Below are positions 8,614 through 16,412 of a stretch of 55,186 bases of DNA, in pieces (position 1 is the first letter of the stretch; every line of letters starts with the position of its first letter). The stretch covers positions 1 to 55,186 of the IMG/VR virus record IMGVR_UViG_3300037587_000342; one strand, given 5' to 3'. The stretch comes from a virus. Its lineage: Duplodnaviria > Caudoviricetes. The notes under the pieces were generated by a model. The model ran no database searches, had not been told where the DNA came from, and saw only the letters and a program-made list of their open reading frames with translations. The position numbers and the translations under genes are program-made.

Positions 8614-8756
8614 CCGAGGAGAAGAACCCCGAGCCAGGTCCGTCCAAGAAGCGGCTGAAGGACTTCGCGGGAGACCGTGAGGTGCGGCGCGACTCGCATC
8701 CGGTGACGGAGAAGGAAGCGCCGCGCGAGGAGCCGAAGGAGCGCGAGGGCGAGTGA
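8610..8756 (+). CDS. Small charged protein
   Basis: ATGA/GTGA coupling; GGAGG RBS. Confidence 0.55.
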   Translation: MTEEKNPEPGPSKKRLKDFAGDREVRRDSHPVTEKEAPREEPKEREGE

Positions 8757-9280
8757 TGGCTGACCTACACGGATGCAAGGATTCTGAGGCCCATCAGACT
8801 TGGGCCTACCAGCCGGATCCGGTACCCGACACGACCGAGAACCCGCCGGAACGCTGCGCCATGTGCGACCTCATCGAAGCTCGCAACTACGGGCGGAGAT
8901 CCGCGAAGGCGCTGGAAAAGGTTCGCGCAGAATTCGACCGCGTGCACAAGAACCAATACATCTGTGATCTGCCTCTTGGCGATACGCCAGATGCGCAGGG
9001 CGATGTCATCGCTCCCGGTGCGTTCCGCGACTCGATCGAGCGGTTCATGGTCAACCCAGTCGTGCTCTCATCTGAACGGAAGATCATGGGTCGCGTTCTG
9101 GAGGTTCAAGAAGTGGAGCCCAGTGAGGCCCGGATCACGGTGCGCATTGAGTTCGCGCCAGAGTGTCCAGCCGAGATCCTTGACGCGATGGTCAAGGGCA
9201 AGTTGCACGTGGAGCCCGAGTTCGTCGATAAGGGCAACGGCGAGTACGAACTGCTCAGCGTGAGCGTGGTGCCGGTGTGA
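8756..9280 (+). CDS. Degenerate HK97-type prohead protease paralogue with N-terminal Cys/coil region
   Basis: DAQGDVIAPGAF..NPVVL and terminal ELLSVSVVPV; catalytic His and Ser motifs not seen. Confidence 0.65.
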   Translation: MADLHGCKDSEAHQTWAYQPDPVPDTTENPPERCAMCDLIEARNYGRRSAKALEKVRAEFDRVHKNQYICDLPLGDTPDAQGDVIAPGAFRDSIERFMVNPVVLSSERKIMGRVLEVQEVEPSEARITVRIEFAPECPAEILDAMVKGKLHVEPEFVDKGNGEYELLSVSVVPV

Positions 9281-9522
9281 GCGATCGCATCGGCCCCGCC
9301 CCCCTCGGGTTCCTGGACAGCTGGCGTGCCAAGCTGGAGCGGACGCCGATGCCAGATCGCGACCCGCGCAGCGGCAAGAAGTGCAGGCCTAAGAAGACCG
9401 TCTACGGGCTCTCCACCAAGGCGCCTGTGCAGAGGCTCGCTGAGGGCGACTGGCTCTCACATGGAGAGTTGCGTCGCATGCAGCGCCAGAGCGCCAAGGC
9501 CGCGAAGGCACGAGGTCTCTGA
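9277..9522 (+). CDS. Basic hypothetical protein
   Basis: Coupled on both sides. Confidence 0.55.
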   Translation: MSDRIGPAPLGFLDSWRAKLERTPMPDRDPRSGKKCRPKKTVYGLSTKAPVQRLAEGDWLSHGELRRMQRQSAKAAKARGL

Positions 9523-9770
9523 TGGCCCGCAAGAAGGGCCGCAAGAAGGGCCGCAAGATGACCACCGAGGAGCGCGCGGCAGTCTCCGCGATGCTCCAGG
9601 GGCACACGTCCTCCGGCAAGGCGCTGCTCGAGGAGTTGGCGGTCGCGGCCCAAGCCGTGGTCGATAACGGGAAATGGGACGGCAAGAGCAATCGGGTCAC
9701 GGTGCCGCTGGCGTACTTCGAGCGGCTGCGCGAGGCGGCAGCGGCGGTGCTGCGCGAGCACCCCGAGTGA
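9522..9770 (+). CDS. Hypothetical protein with N-terminal RKKG repeats
   Basis: 12-bp tandem unit CGCAAGAAGGGC encodes RKKG-RKKG-RK. Confidence 0.65.
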   Translation: MARKKGRKKGRKMTTEERAAVSAMLQGHTSSGKALLEELAVAAQAVVDNGKWDGKSNRVTVPLAYFERLREAAAAVLREHPE

Positions 9771-10159
9771 GTGCCGAACCTCGTCCCAAGAAGGGCGCCT
9801 ACGCTCGGCGCCGCAAGCGGGCCAAGGCACGCGAGCGCAGCGCCCGGTTCTACGGCTCCCCCGAGTACGCGGCGGCCGTGCGCTCCGAGGGCTGTGCAGT
9901 CCCGCGCCTCTCCCCGGCCCCCACGGAATGCTGGGGGCGTCCGACAGTGGCGCACCTGGAGAAGCGCAACCGCGCCGAAGCGGACTGGAGGCGGGTCTAC
10001 TGCCTCTGTCTCCACCACCACATTGACGAGCAGGAAGGGAACGCAGAGGCGTTCGCTATGCAGTACGAGTTCGACGATGAAGCCGAAGCAGCGCGCATGG
10101 TCAAGAACCACGGGCATCTCGTGGAGGCTGCGGTAGAATCCACCTCCAACGGGGAATAG
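9767..10159 (+). CDS. His-Me finger (DUF968/Ref-like) putative nuclease
   Basis: C..C, TVAHL, CLCLHHH and acidic tail. Confidence 0.6.
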   Translation: MSAEPRPKKGAYARRRKRAKARERSARFYGSPEYAAAVRSEGCAVPRLSPAPTECWGRPTVAHLEKRNRAEADWRRVYCLCLHHHIDEQEGNAEAFAMQYEFDDEAEAARMVKNHGHLVEAAVESTSNGE

Positions 10160-10177
10160 GCCCCGTGGAGGAGTCGT

Positions 10178-10225
10178 ATGGGCATGCGTCGTCAAGCTGC
10201 GAAGAAGAAGGCCACCAAGAAGTAG
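10178..10225 (+). CDS. 15-aa Lys-rich peptide
   Basis: GGAGGAG RBS; MGMRRQAAKKKATKK. Confidence 0.4.
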   Translation: MGMRRQAAKKKATKK

Positions 10226-10252
10226 GCAAGGCCAAGAGAACATCCAAGGTGC

Positions 10253-10288
10253 AACAGGGCTCCTGCTCCGGTAGGGGCCTTGTTCTTT
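10253..10288 (+). terminator. Intrinsic terminator-like hairpin
   Basis: AACAGGGCTCCTGC-tccg-GTAGGGGCCTTGTT, 14 bp with G-U pairs, then CTTT. Confidence 0.55.
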
Positions 10289-10627
10289 ATGGCTGAATAC
10301 CTCACGAAGACATGTGGCGGTCCATGCGGGCGCGAACTGCCTATCGCGGCGTTCGCCAGGCGCGCGGCAGCTGGCGATGGACTCCAGGGCTACTGCCGCG
10401 AGTGCATGAACGAGTACGGCCGCGATCGCACGCGGCAACTCCCGAAGCGTCGGCGCCGGCAGTCCAAGGCCGACATGAACCGCCCCAAGAAGCGGTGCCC
10501 ACTGTGCGTCGGTCACAAGACCGCCCAACTGCTCCACCACGACGGCAGCCGTGACTTCGTGCGGTGCCCCAAGTGCCGCGGCAAAGGATGGGTGTGGGCC
10601 GAAACCTTGACGAGCTCACCAAGCTAG
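10289..10627 (+). CDS. Zn-finger protein (endonuclease VII N-terminal-like plus CxxCxGxG)
   Basis: KTC..C...F...DGLQGYCREC; CPKCRGKG. Confidence 0.65.
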   Translation: MAEYLTKTCGGPCGRELPIAAFARRAAAGDGLQGYCRECMNEYGRDRTRQLPKRRRRQSKADMNRPKKRCPLCVGHKTAQLLHHDGSRDFVRCPKCRGKGWVWAETLTSSPS

Positions 10628-12168
10628 ACCCTCGCTGGCCCTCGGTCCTGCAGGACGCACGGACCTTCGACGGCTTCTGCAAGTGGATCAAGATCCGGCC
10701 CGAGGAGGGCGGGAGGCTGATCCGGTTCAAGCAGAATCCCGCCCAGCGGCGGATCCTGAAGGAGTGCGAGGGCAAGCCGCGCGTGCTGATCCTGAAGGGT
10801 CGGCGCCTCGGGGTCACGACCCTCTTCCTCGCCCGGCAGCTTCACATGATCTGGAAGCGCCAGCACATGCAGGCGGTGATGTTGGCGCAGCGCGACCCGG
10901 ACGCCACCGACATCTTCAACACCGCCCAGATCATGCACGACAACCTGCCGGACGCTCTCCGGCATCACCGGCCGACCAGCAGCCGGCGAGAGATCTACTA
11001 CGACAAGATGGGCAGCCGGATCGGCATCGGGACTGCCGGCGGAACGGGCGTGAAGCGCGGCAGTGGCCTCCAGATGGTCCACCTGACAGAGGCCGCGTTC
11101 TATCCGCCGAATGCTGAGGTGCTGATCAACGGGCTACTCGAGGCGACCCGCGCCGGCCAAGTCGTAGCCGAGACGACGGCCAACGGCGCCAAGGGCTGGT
11201 TCTACGACACTTGGATGGCGAACCGGGACGGGCAGGGCGAGTGGCACTGCATCTTCGCTCCGTGGTGGTGGGACGATCGCAACGTCGCGCCACTGACGGA
11301 GGAGGAGCGCCGCACCTTCAAGCTCACGTCCGAGGAGAAGGTCTGGGCCGAGCCCAACAAGCTGTCGGTCGAGCAGGTCCAGTGGTACCGGCGCAAGAAG
11401 CGGCTGCTGGGGAAGCTCGTCAAACAGGAATATCCATGTACGGATCTGGAGGCCTTCACCGTTTCGGGTCGCCACTACTTCGACCAGGAGGTCATCCTGG
11501 GGATGGCGACGGACCTCCCCAAGCCAGTCAAGATGTGGGACGGACCTTCCGGGAAGATCTGGGAGTACCCCGAGGAGGGGGTGAAGTACGTGATCGGGGC
11601 CGACCCGTCGGAGGGCACGCTGGCTGGCGACTACAGCTATGCGAGCGTCCACCGGGCCGACGACGGAGCCCAGGTCGCTAGGTACCACCGCAGGATGACG
11701 CCCCCCGTGTTCGCAGCCGTCCTGGCCCGACTAGGCCGGCGGTACAACAATGCCCTGGTCGCCGTGGAGCGGGCTGGAGGTGGCCACGAGTGCCTGCGGG
11801 TGCTCCGGAAGGGGCAGATGCACGTCGGCCGGAAGGTGAAGGCCTACCGGAAGCTGTACTACCGTCGGAGCCCGAAGACGAAGGACCGGGATCCGCTGCC
11901 AGGCTGGATCACCAATACCCAGACCCGGCCGCTGATGCTGGCCCACTTCAAGGATGCGCTCGAGGGCGATGCCGATTCCCGGAAAGAGGGCTGGTTGGTG
12001 TTGCGGGATCCGTTGGTGTTTGCTGAGATAACCACGTTCGAGGAGCAGACCTCAGGGCAGTACGCGGCGCCCTCGGGCAAACATGACGACTCGATCATCG
12101 CTGTAGCGATCGCTTTGCAAGCACGGCAACAGCCCGTGCAGCGACCGCCACGCTACCTGAACATGTAG
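10588..12168 (+). CDS. terL: Terminase large subunit
   Basis: Walker A ILKGRRLGVTT, Walker B HLTEAAF, ETTANG, nuclease YVIGADPSEG and HDD. Confidence 0.96.
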   Translation: MGVGRNLDELTKLDPRWPSVLQDARTFDGFCKWIKIRPEEGGRLIRFKQNPAQRRILKECEGKPRVLILKGRRLGVTTLFLARQLHMIWKRQHMQAVMLAQRDPDATDIFNTAQIMHDNLPDALRHHRPTSSRREIYYDKMGSRIGIGTAGGTGVKRGSGLQMVHLTEAAFYPPNAEVLINGLLEATRAGQVVAETTANGAKGWFYDTWMANRDGQGEWHCIFAPWWWDDRNVAPLTEEERRTFKLTSEEKVWAEPNKLSVEQVQWYRRKKRLLGKLVKQEYPCTDLEAFTVSGRHYFDQEVILGMATDLPKPVKMWDGPSGKIWEYPEEGVKYVIGADPSEGTLAGDYSYASVHRADDGAQVARYHRRMTPPVFAAVLARLGRRYNNALVAVERAGGGHECLRVLRKGQMHVGRKVKAYRKLYYRRSPKTKDRDPLPGWITNTQTRPLMLAHFKDALEGDADSRKEGWLVLRDPLVFAEITTFEEQTSGQYAAPSGKHDDSIIAVAIALQARQQPVQRPPRYLNM

Positions 12169-12177
12169 GAGGGGACG

Positions 12178-12696
12178 ATGGCGAAGAAGGACGCAGCGGT
12201 CAGCTACTTGGCGGTTCGCAAGGAAGTCACGAAGGACTACGGCGAGACGCGCGAGCAGTCGAAGGACGGCAAGGCGCGGCCGAAGGTCCGGCGGCGCATG
12301 GTGTGGCCGACGGTCGCGACATGCAAGAACGCGGGCCAGCTGACGCGGCTGACCCCCACGGGCACAGAGGCCAACCTGTTCCAGGGTCTGCTGAAGCAGA
12401 TCCACCACGAGAGGGACGGGCAGGATGTCCTGGTGCCGACCCACGTGCTGATGGCGCGTGACGACACGGCCTGGGCGACCGAGCCGTGCGACGGCTGCTG
12501 CGGCTGGCCGAAGGACGATCCGAACCGGATGGACGGCCCGACGCGCGATGCGGCGTACGCGGATGCGGACGCGGCGATCGGCAAGAAGGCGGCGAAGAAG
12601 CCGAAGCGGAAGGCGGCGAAGAAGCCGGCGAAGCGCAAGCCGGCCAAGAAGGCCGCGAAGAAGCCCACCAAGAAGAAGGCCAAGCGCGGGCGATAG
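12178..12696 (+). CDS. Hypothetical protein with histone H1-like Lys/Ala/Pro tail
   Basis: AGGAGG RBS; KKAAKKPKRKAAKKPAKRKPAKKAAKKPTKKK. Confidence 0.8.
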   Translation: MAKKDAAVSYLAVRKEVTKDYGETREQSKDGKARPKVRRRMVWPTVATCKNAGQLTRLTPTGTEANLFQGLLKQIHHERDGQDVLVPTHVLMARDDTAWATEPCDGCCGWPKDDPNRMDGPTRDAAYADADAAIGKKAAKKPKRKAAKKPAKRKPAKKAAKKPTKKKAKRGR

Positions 12697-12796
12697 CAGG
12701 AACCCAATTCAGGCGCGATAGGCGCCCCGGTGGAACGGCATCGGATTGACGATGTGAGCGGGGGCCGCTTCCTCCCGCTGTTCGATCGGAGCAGCC

Positions 12797-13060
12797 ATGC
12801 AGAACGTCGAGTGGAAGGTGATCGGTGAGTGGCGCAGCGTCGGCACGCTGGTCAACGGCGCGATCAGGCTGCACAAGCGCGGCCAGTTCCTCACCAGCCG
12901 CTTCCATCACAAGCTGCCCAAGGGCTGGAAGACGGAGTCGCGCGAGGACGGCCAGTACCTGACGCTGCCGACCGGCTGGAAGAAGCGGGCCGACTGGCGC
13001 AGCCCCGAGAGCAAGGTCGCCAAGAAGGCTGCGAAAAAGAAGGCGAGGAAACATGCGTAA
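12797..13060 (+). CDS. Basic protein with Lys/Ala tail
   Basis: GGAG RBS; LPxGWK twice; KKAAKKKARK. Confidence 0.7.
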   Translation: MQNVEWKVIGEWRSVGTLVNGAIRLHKRGQFLTSRFHHKLPKGWKTESREDGQYLTLPTGWKKRADWRSPESKVAKKAAKKKARKHA

Positions 13061-13373
13061 ACTGGACGAGATCGCGAGCGAGATCAGCGAGAAGGTCAGC
13101 GGGCTCAAGGTGGTCACGTGTGACAGCTGCGGGCGCAAGCCAGAAGTCGTCGGCGACATCCATTGGGGACGTAGTGCATTCGATGGCGGCGAAGTGTTGA
13201 GTAACAACCCGATTTCGATAGAACTTTGTATCTCAGCAGATCTGACGGGCTGGGTCGGCTTCCGTTGGAACTCCATGATGGACAACGAGAAGTATGAGTC
13301 CAAAGGCAAGTGGTTGGTCTGCCCCGACTGCGCACCGGCTTTGGAGAAGATGCTGGAGAGCAAGAAGCGGTGA
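13053..13373 (+). CDS. Zn-binding hypothetical protein
   Basis: CDSC...CPDC. Confidence 0.7.
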   Translation: MRKLDEIASEISEKVSGLKVVTCDSCGRKPEVVGDIHWGRSAFDGGEVLSNNPISIELCISADLTGWVGFRWNSMMDNEKYESKGKWLVCPDCAPALEKMLESKKR

Positions 13374-13711
13374 GCCGGCGCGTCTTCTACGCGCTCAACG
13401 TGCGGCTCGCGAAGCCGCTCGAGAAGTGTCCCGAGGCGGCACGGCTGGCCGTCGAGCAGAAGGCCCGCAAGGATGCGATCGCGGCCGGCTACGAACCCGA
13501 GGGCAAGTGCATCTGGGAATGCATCGACATCGAGAAGTACGACTACCTCTGCAAGCAGCCGGCGATCGCGCCTTCCGAACCGAGCAACGAACTAAGAGCA
13601 GATGCCTCCGCGACGCGCGCCGACAAACACTCCGCGCAAACAAACGCGCCGACGTCGTCGTCGCGCGGGGAAGCTGTCTCCACGTCCGGGCTCGGTTCCG
13701 AGGGCGCGTGA
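13370..13711 (+). CDS. Hypothetical protein
   Basis: Coupled on both sides. Confidence 0.55.
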   Translation: MSRRVFYALNVRLAKPLEKCPEAARLAVEQKARKDAIAAGYEPEGKCIWECIDIEKYDYLCKQPAIAPSEPSNELRADASATRADKHSAQTNAPTSSSRGEAVSTSGLGSEGA

Positions 13712-13920
13712 TGCCGCGGGCGCGGCCTCTCAACTGGGAGCGCGTCCCGGTCAGTGAGGCTGCCCATTTCCTCGGCGTCAGCACCCGCACCATCAGCCGG
13801 ATGGTGAAGGACGAGATCCTGAAGGACGTGACCTACACGCCTGGTGGTCACCGGCGGTTCGGTACGAGTGAACTGCGGCGCCTTCGTCGGAAGCAGAAAC
13901 GGCGCAAACAGGCCTCCTGA
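13711..13920 (+). CDS. MerR/excisionase-type (BldC-like) HTH regulator
   Basis: VSEAAHFLGVSTRTISRM..TPGGHRRF. Confidence 0.88.
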   Translation: MPRARPLNWERVPVSEAAHFLGVSTRTISRMVKDEILKDVTYTPGGHRRFGTSELRRLRRKQKRRKQAS

Positions 13921-13950
13921 ATCCGGGCCAAACCGGGCCAAACCGGGACA
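13921..13950 (+). repeat. 3 x 10-bp tandem direct repeat, candidate operator
   Basis: ATCCGGGCCA AACCGGGCCA AACCGGGACA. Confidence 0.85.
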
Positions 13951-14004
13951 CGCTCACCGACACGTTCTCCCCGGCTTCCTGTGTAGCACTCAGACTACGC
14001 AGGA

Positions 14005-16410
14005 ATGCTCGGGTGGCTGCGTAACTTCTCGCGCCGGATGACGGATGCGCTCGCCGGCAAGGCCGGCTTCGTCTCGGTCAGGCAGCTGCGCCAAGACAAG
14101 GCGGGGCTGCAGTTCCTCCAGAAGCAGTTCAATCTCGACCCCACGTTCTTCCAGCGGTTCGGGGTCGAAACGCTCAGCGCCCCGGGCGGGATGCGCAGCC
14201 CGTTCAACGAGCACCCGTGGGTGTTCGCGGTACTCGCGAGCCGTGCGCGCCAGATGGCGCAGGTCCCGTTCGTGATCGCGAATCGCGGCCAGAACGGCAC
14301 CACCAAGGAACTCCCGCCCACCGATCCGCTCGTCCAGCTGTTCGAGCGGCCCAACCGGGTCATGACGGGCGAGCAGATGTGGTCGCTCACCAACACGTGG
14401 ATCGACCTGCTGGGAGAGGCCTTCTGGATCCTCGAGCGCAAGACCATCGCCCAGGACCCGACCAGGATCTGGCCGTGGGCCGGCGGCCGGCGCTGGGAGC
14501 CTGGGCGCCTCGGGGATGACAAGTTTCCGATCGAGTGGATCCTGACGAAGCCCGATGGGCAGCGCGTGCGGATCCCGGTCGAGCAGATCATCCACTTCCA
14601 TCTGCCGAACCCCGACAACCCGCTGCGGGGCACGCCCCCGCTGGCATCAGCGCACATCACCCTGGTCGCTGACAAGCTCTCGGAGGTCTACACCGAGAAG
14701 TTCTTCGAGAACGGCGCGCAGCCCAGCGGCTGGATCAAATACAAGGAATCGCTGGACGAGGACGAGTTCGAGGCCGTCCGGATCCGCCACGAGGACAGCC
14801 ACAAGGGCGCTGGCAAGTCGCACCGGATCGGCGTGCTCGACGATGGCGCGGAGTTCATCGAGAGCAAGCTGACGAACCGCGACATGGAGTTCCTGAAGCT
14901 CCGCGAGTGGGCTCGGGAAGTGGTGTGCGCGATCTACGGGTGGCCCAAATGGGCACTGGGGATCACGGACACCATGAACTTTGCCACGGCAGTCGCTGCC
15001 AAGCAGACGCTGTGGGAGGAGAACCTGATCCCGATGTTCCGCTCCAAGGAGCGGACGCTGGACGCGCAGCTGTTCCGGTGGATCCGCGGCGGCCGGATCA
15101 CGGGGTTCTTCGATGAGACGAACGTGCCGGCCATGCAGCAGGTCCGTGAGGCCAAGATCGAGAGCCTGAACAACCTGATCAAGGCCGGGATGACGCTGAA
15201 GGACGCGGGTGAGTGGCTGGACATGGACATCCCGCGCCAGCCGGCCGACACCGTCGTCTTCAAGCCGATCAACTTGGTACCGGTCGGGGATCTGCTGGGC
15301 GAGATCGAGCCGCCGGCCCCGGAGCCTCCTACCGACGAACCCGAGGATGAGCCCGAAGACGAGCCGGAAGAGGAGACGGTGCCGGCACCGGTCTTCCGGT
15401 ACGACAACATCATCGAGGCCGAGTTCGCAGAAGAAGACGCGAAGGACCGCGTGTTCGAGCGGGCGATGGCCAAGAAGATCGCGGCGCTGCCGACCAAGGC
15501 TGAGCGCCAGAGCGCCCGGGTCAAGCGGCAGCAATGGCGGGCGTGGATCCAGGCCGTCATCCGCCCGAGCGAGCGCCAGATGATGCGGCGCCTCATGCCG
15601 TACTTCGCGGCGCTGACGGCCGAGCAGCAGCGGCTGTTCAACAAGGCGGCGCGCGAAAGCAAGGAGATCTCCGGCAGCACCCGGCAGATCACCAGTCCGG
15701 ACGACATCCTGTTCGACCGCGCCGAGTGGACGCCGAAGCTCAAGCGCGTGATGCGGCCGATCATGCAGGCCTCGCTCGGGCTGTCCGAGACCTTCACCGA
15801 GGGCCAACTGGGGCCGCAGAGCAGCGTGGATCTGCTCGAGCCCGCGGTGCAGCGGTTCCTGGAGGCTCGAGTCTCGCTGCTCGACGACATCAACAAGCGG
15901 CTGCAGACCAGCTTGGCGCGGTCGCTCCAGGCCGGCATCAACGCTGGCGAGACGATCGCTGAGCTCCGGTCGCGCGTCGATACGATGCTGGGCACCTGGA
16001 CCTCGCCGGCACGCAGCCTCCGGATCGCACGCACCGAGGCCGGCACGCTCGCCAACACGATGCGGTTCCAGATGGGCCAGGCGGATGGCGATCGCTGGGA
16101 GTGGGTGACGGCGCTGGACGAGCAGGTCCGCGACTCCCACATCAACGCTGAGTTCCAGAGCGAGATCGAGCCGGTGAAGATCGGCCAAGCGTTCGAGACC
16201 TTCACGCCCATCATGTTCCCGCTGGATCCCGGTGGGCCGTCTGGCGAGACCGTCAACTGCCGGTGCGGCACCGTGTTCACGCCGCGCAGCGAGAACCCCG
16301 AGAACAGCGCCCGCGCGATGACGCGCGAGGAGTTCCTGGCAGCGTTCCGCGCCGGGATGGACCAGCAGACGAACCGAATCACTGCCTACCTGGCGGAGAT
16401 CGAGGAGTAG
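14005..16410 (+). CDS. HK97-family portal fused to an SPP1 gp7/Mu gpF-like minor head domain
   Basis: Portal motifs (IIHF..P.P.NPLRG.PP, FFENGAQP, DMEFL.LR); acidic Pro linker; IARTE...VRDSH...NCRC. Confidence 0.92.
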   Translation: MLGWLRNFSRRMTDALAGKAGFVSVRQLRQDKAGLQFLQKQFNLDPTFFQRFGVETLSAPGGMRSPFNEHPWVFAVLASRARQMAQVPFVIANRGQNGTTKELPPTDPLVQLFERPNRVMTGEQMWSLTNTWIDLLGEAFWILERKTIAQDPTRIWPWAGGRRWEPGRLGDDKFPIEWILTKPDGQRVRIPVEQIIHFHLPNPDNPLRGTPPLASAHITLVADKLSEVYTEKFFENGAQPSGWIKYKESLDEDEFEAVRIRHEDSHKGAGKSHRIGVLDDGAEFIESKLTNRDMEFLKLREWAREVVCAIYGWPKWALGITDTMNFATAVAAKQTLWEENLIPMFRSKERTLDAQLFRWIRGGRITGFFDETNVPAMQQVREAKIESLNNLIKAGMTLKDAGEWLDMDIPRQPADTVVFKPINLVPVGDLLGEIEPPAPEPPTDEPEDEPEDEPEEETVPAPVFRYDNIIEAEFAEEDAKDRVFERAMAKKIAALPTKAERQSARVKRQQWRAWIQAVIRPSERQMMRRLMPYFAALTAEQQRLFNKAARESKEISGSTRQITSPDDILFDRAEWTPKLKRVMRPIMQASLGLSETFTEGQLGPQSSVDLLEPAVQRFLEARVSLLDDINKRLQTSLARSLQAGINAGETIAELRSRVDTMLGTWTSPARSLRIARTEAGTLANTMRFQMGQADGDRWEWVTALDEQVRDSHINAEFQSEIEPVKIGQAFETFTPIMFPLDPGGPSGETVNCRCGTVFTPRSENPENSARAMTREEFLAAFRAGMDQQTNRITAYLAEIEE

Positions 16411-16412
16411 GT

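Noticed and set aside
12697-12796. tRNA in the structured gap
   Set aside because: No acceptor stem, T-loop in the right context or CCA end.
13711-13920. Excisionase marking a prophage att site
   Set aside because: No integrase or host flank; the gene sits before the portal.
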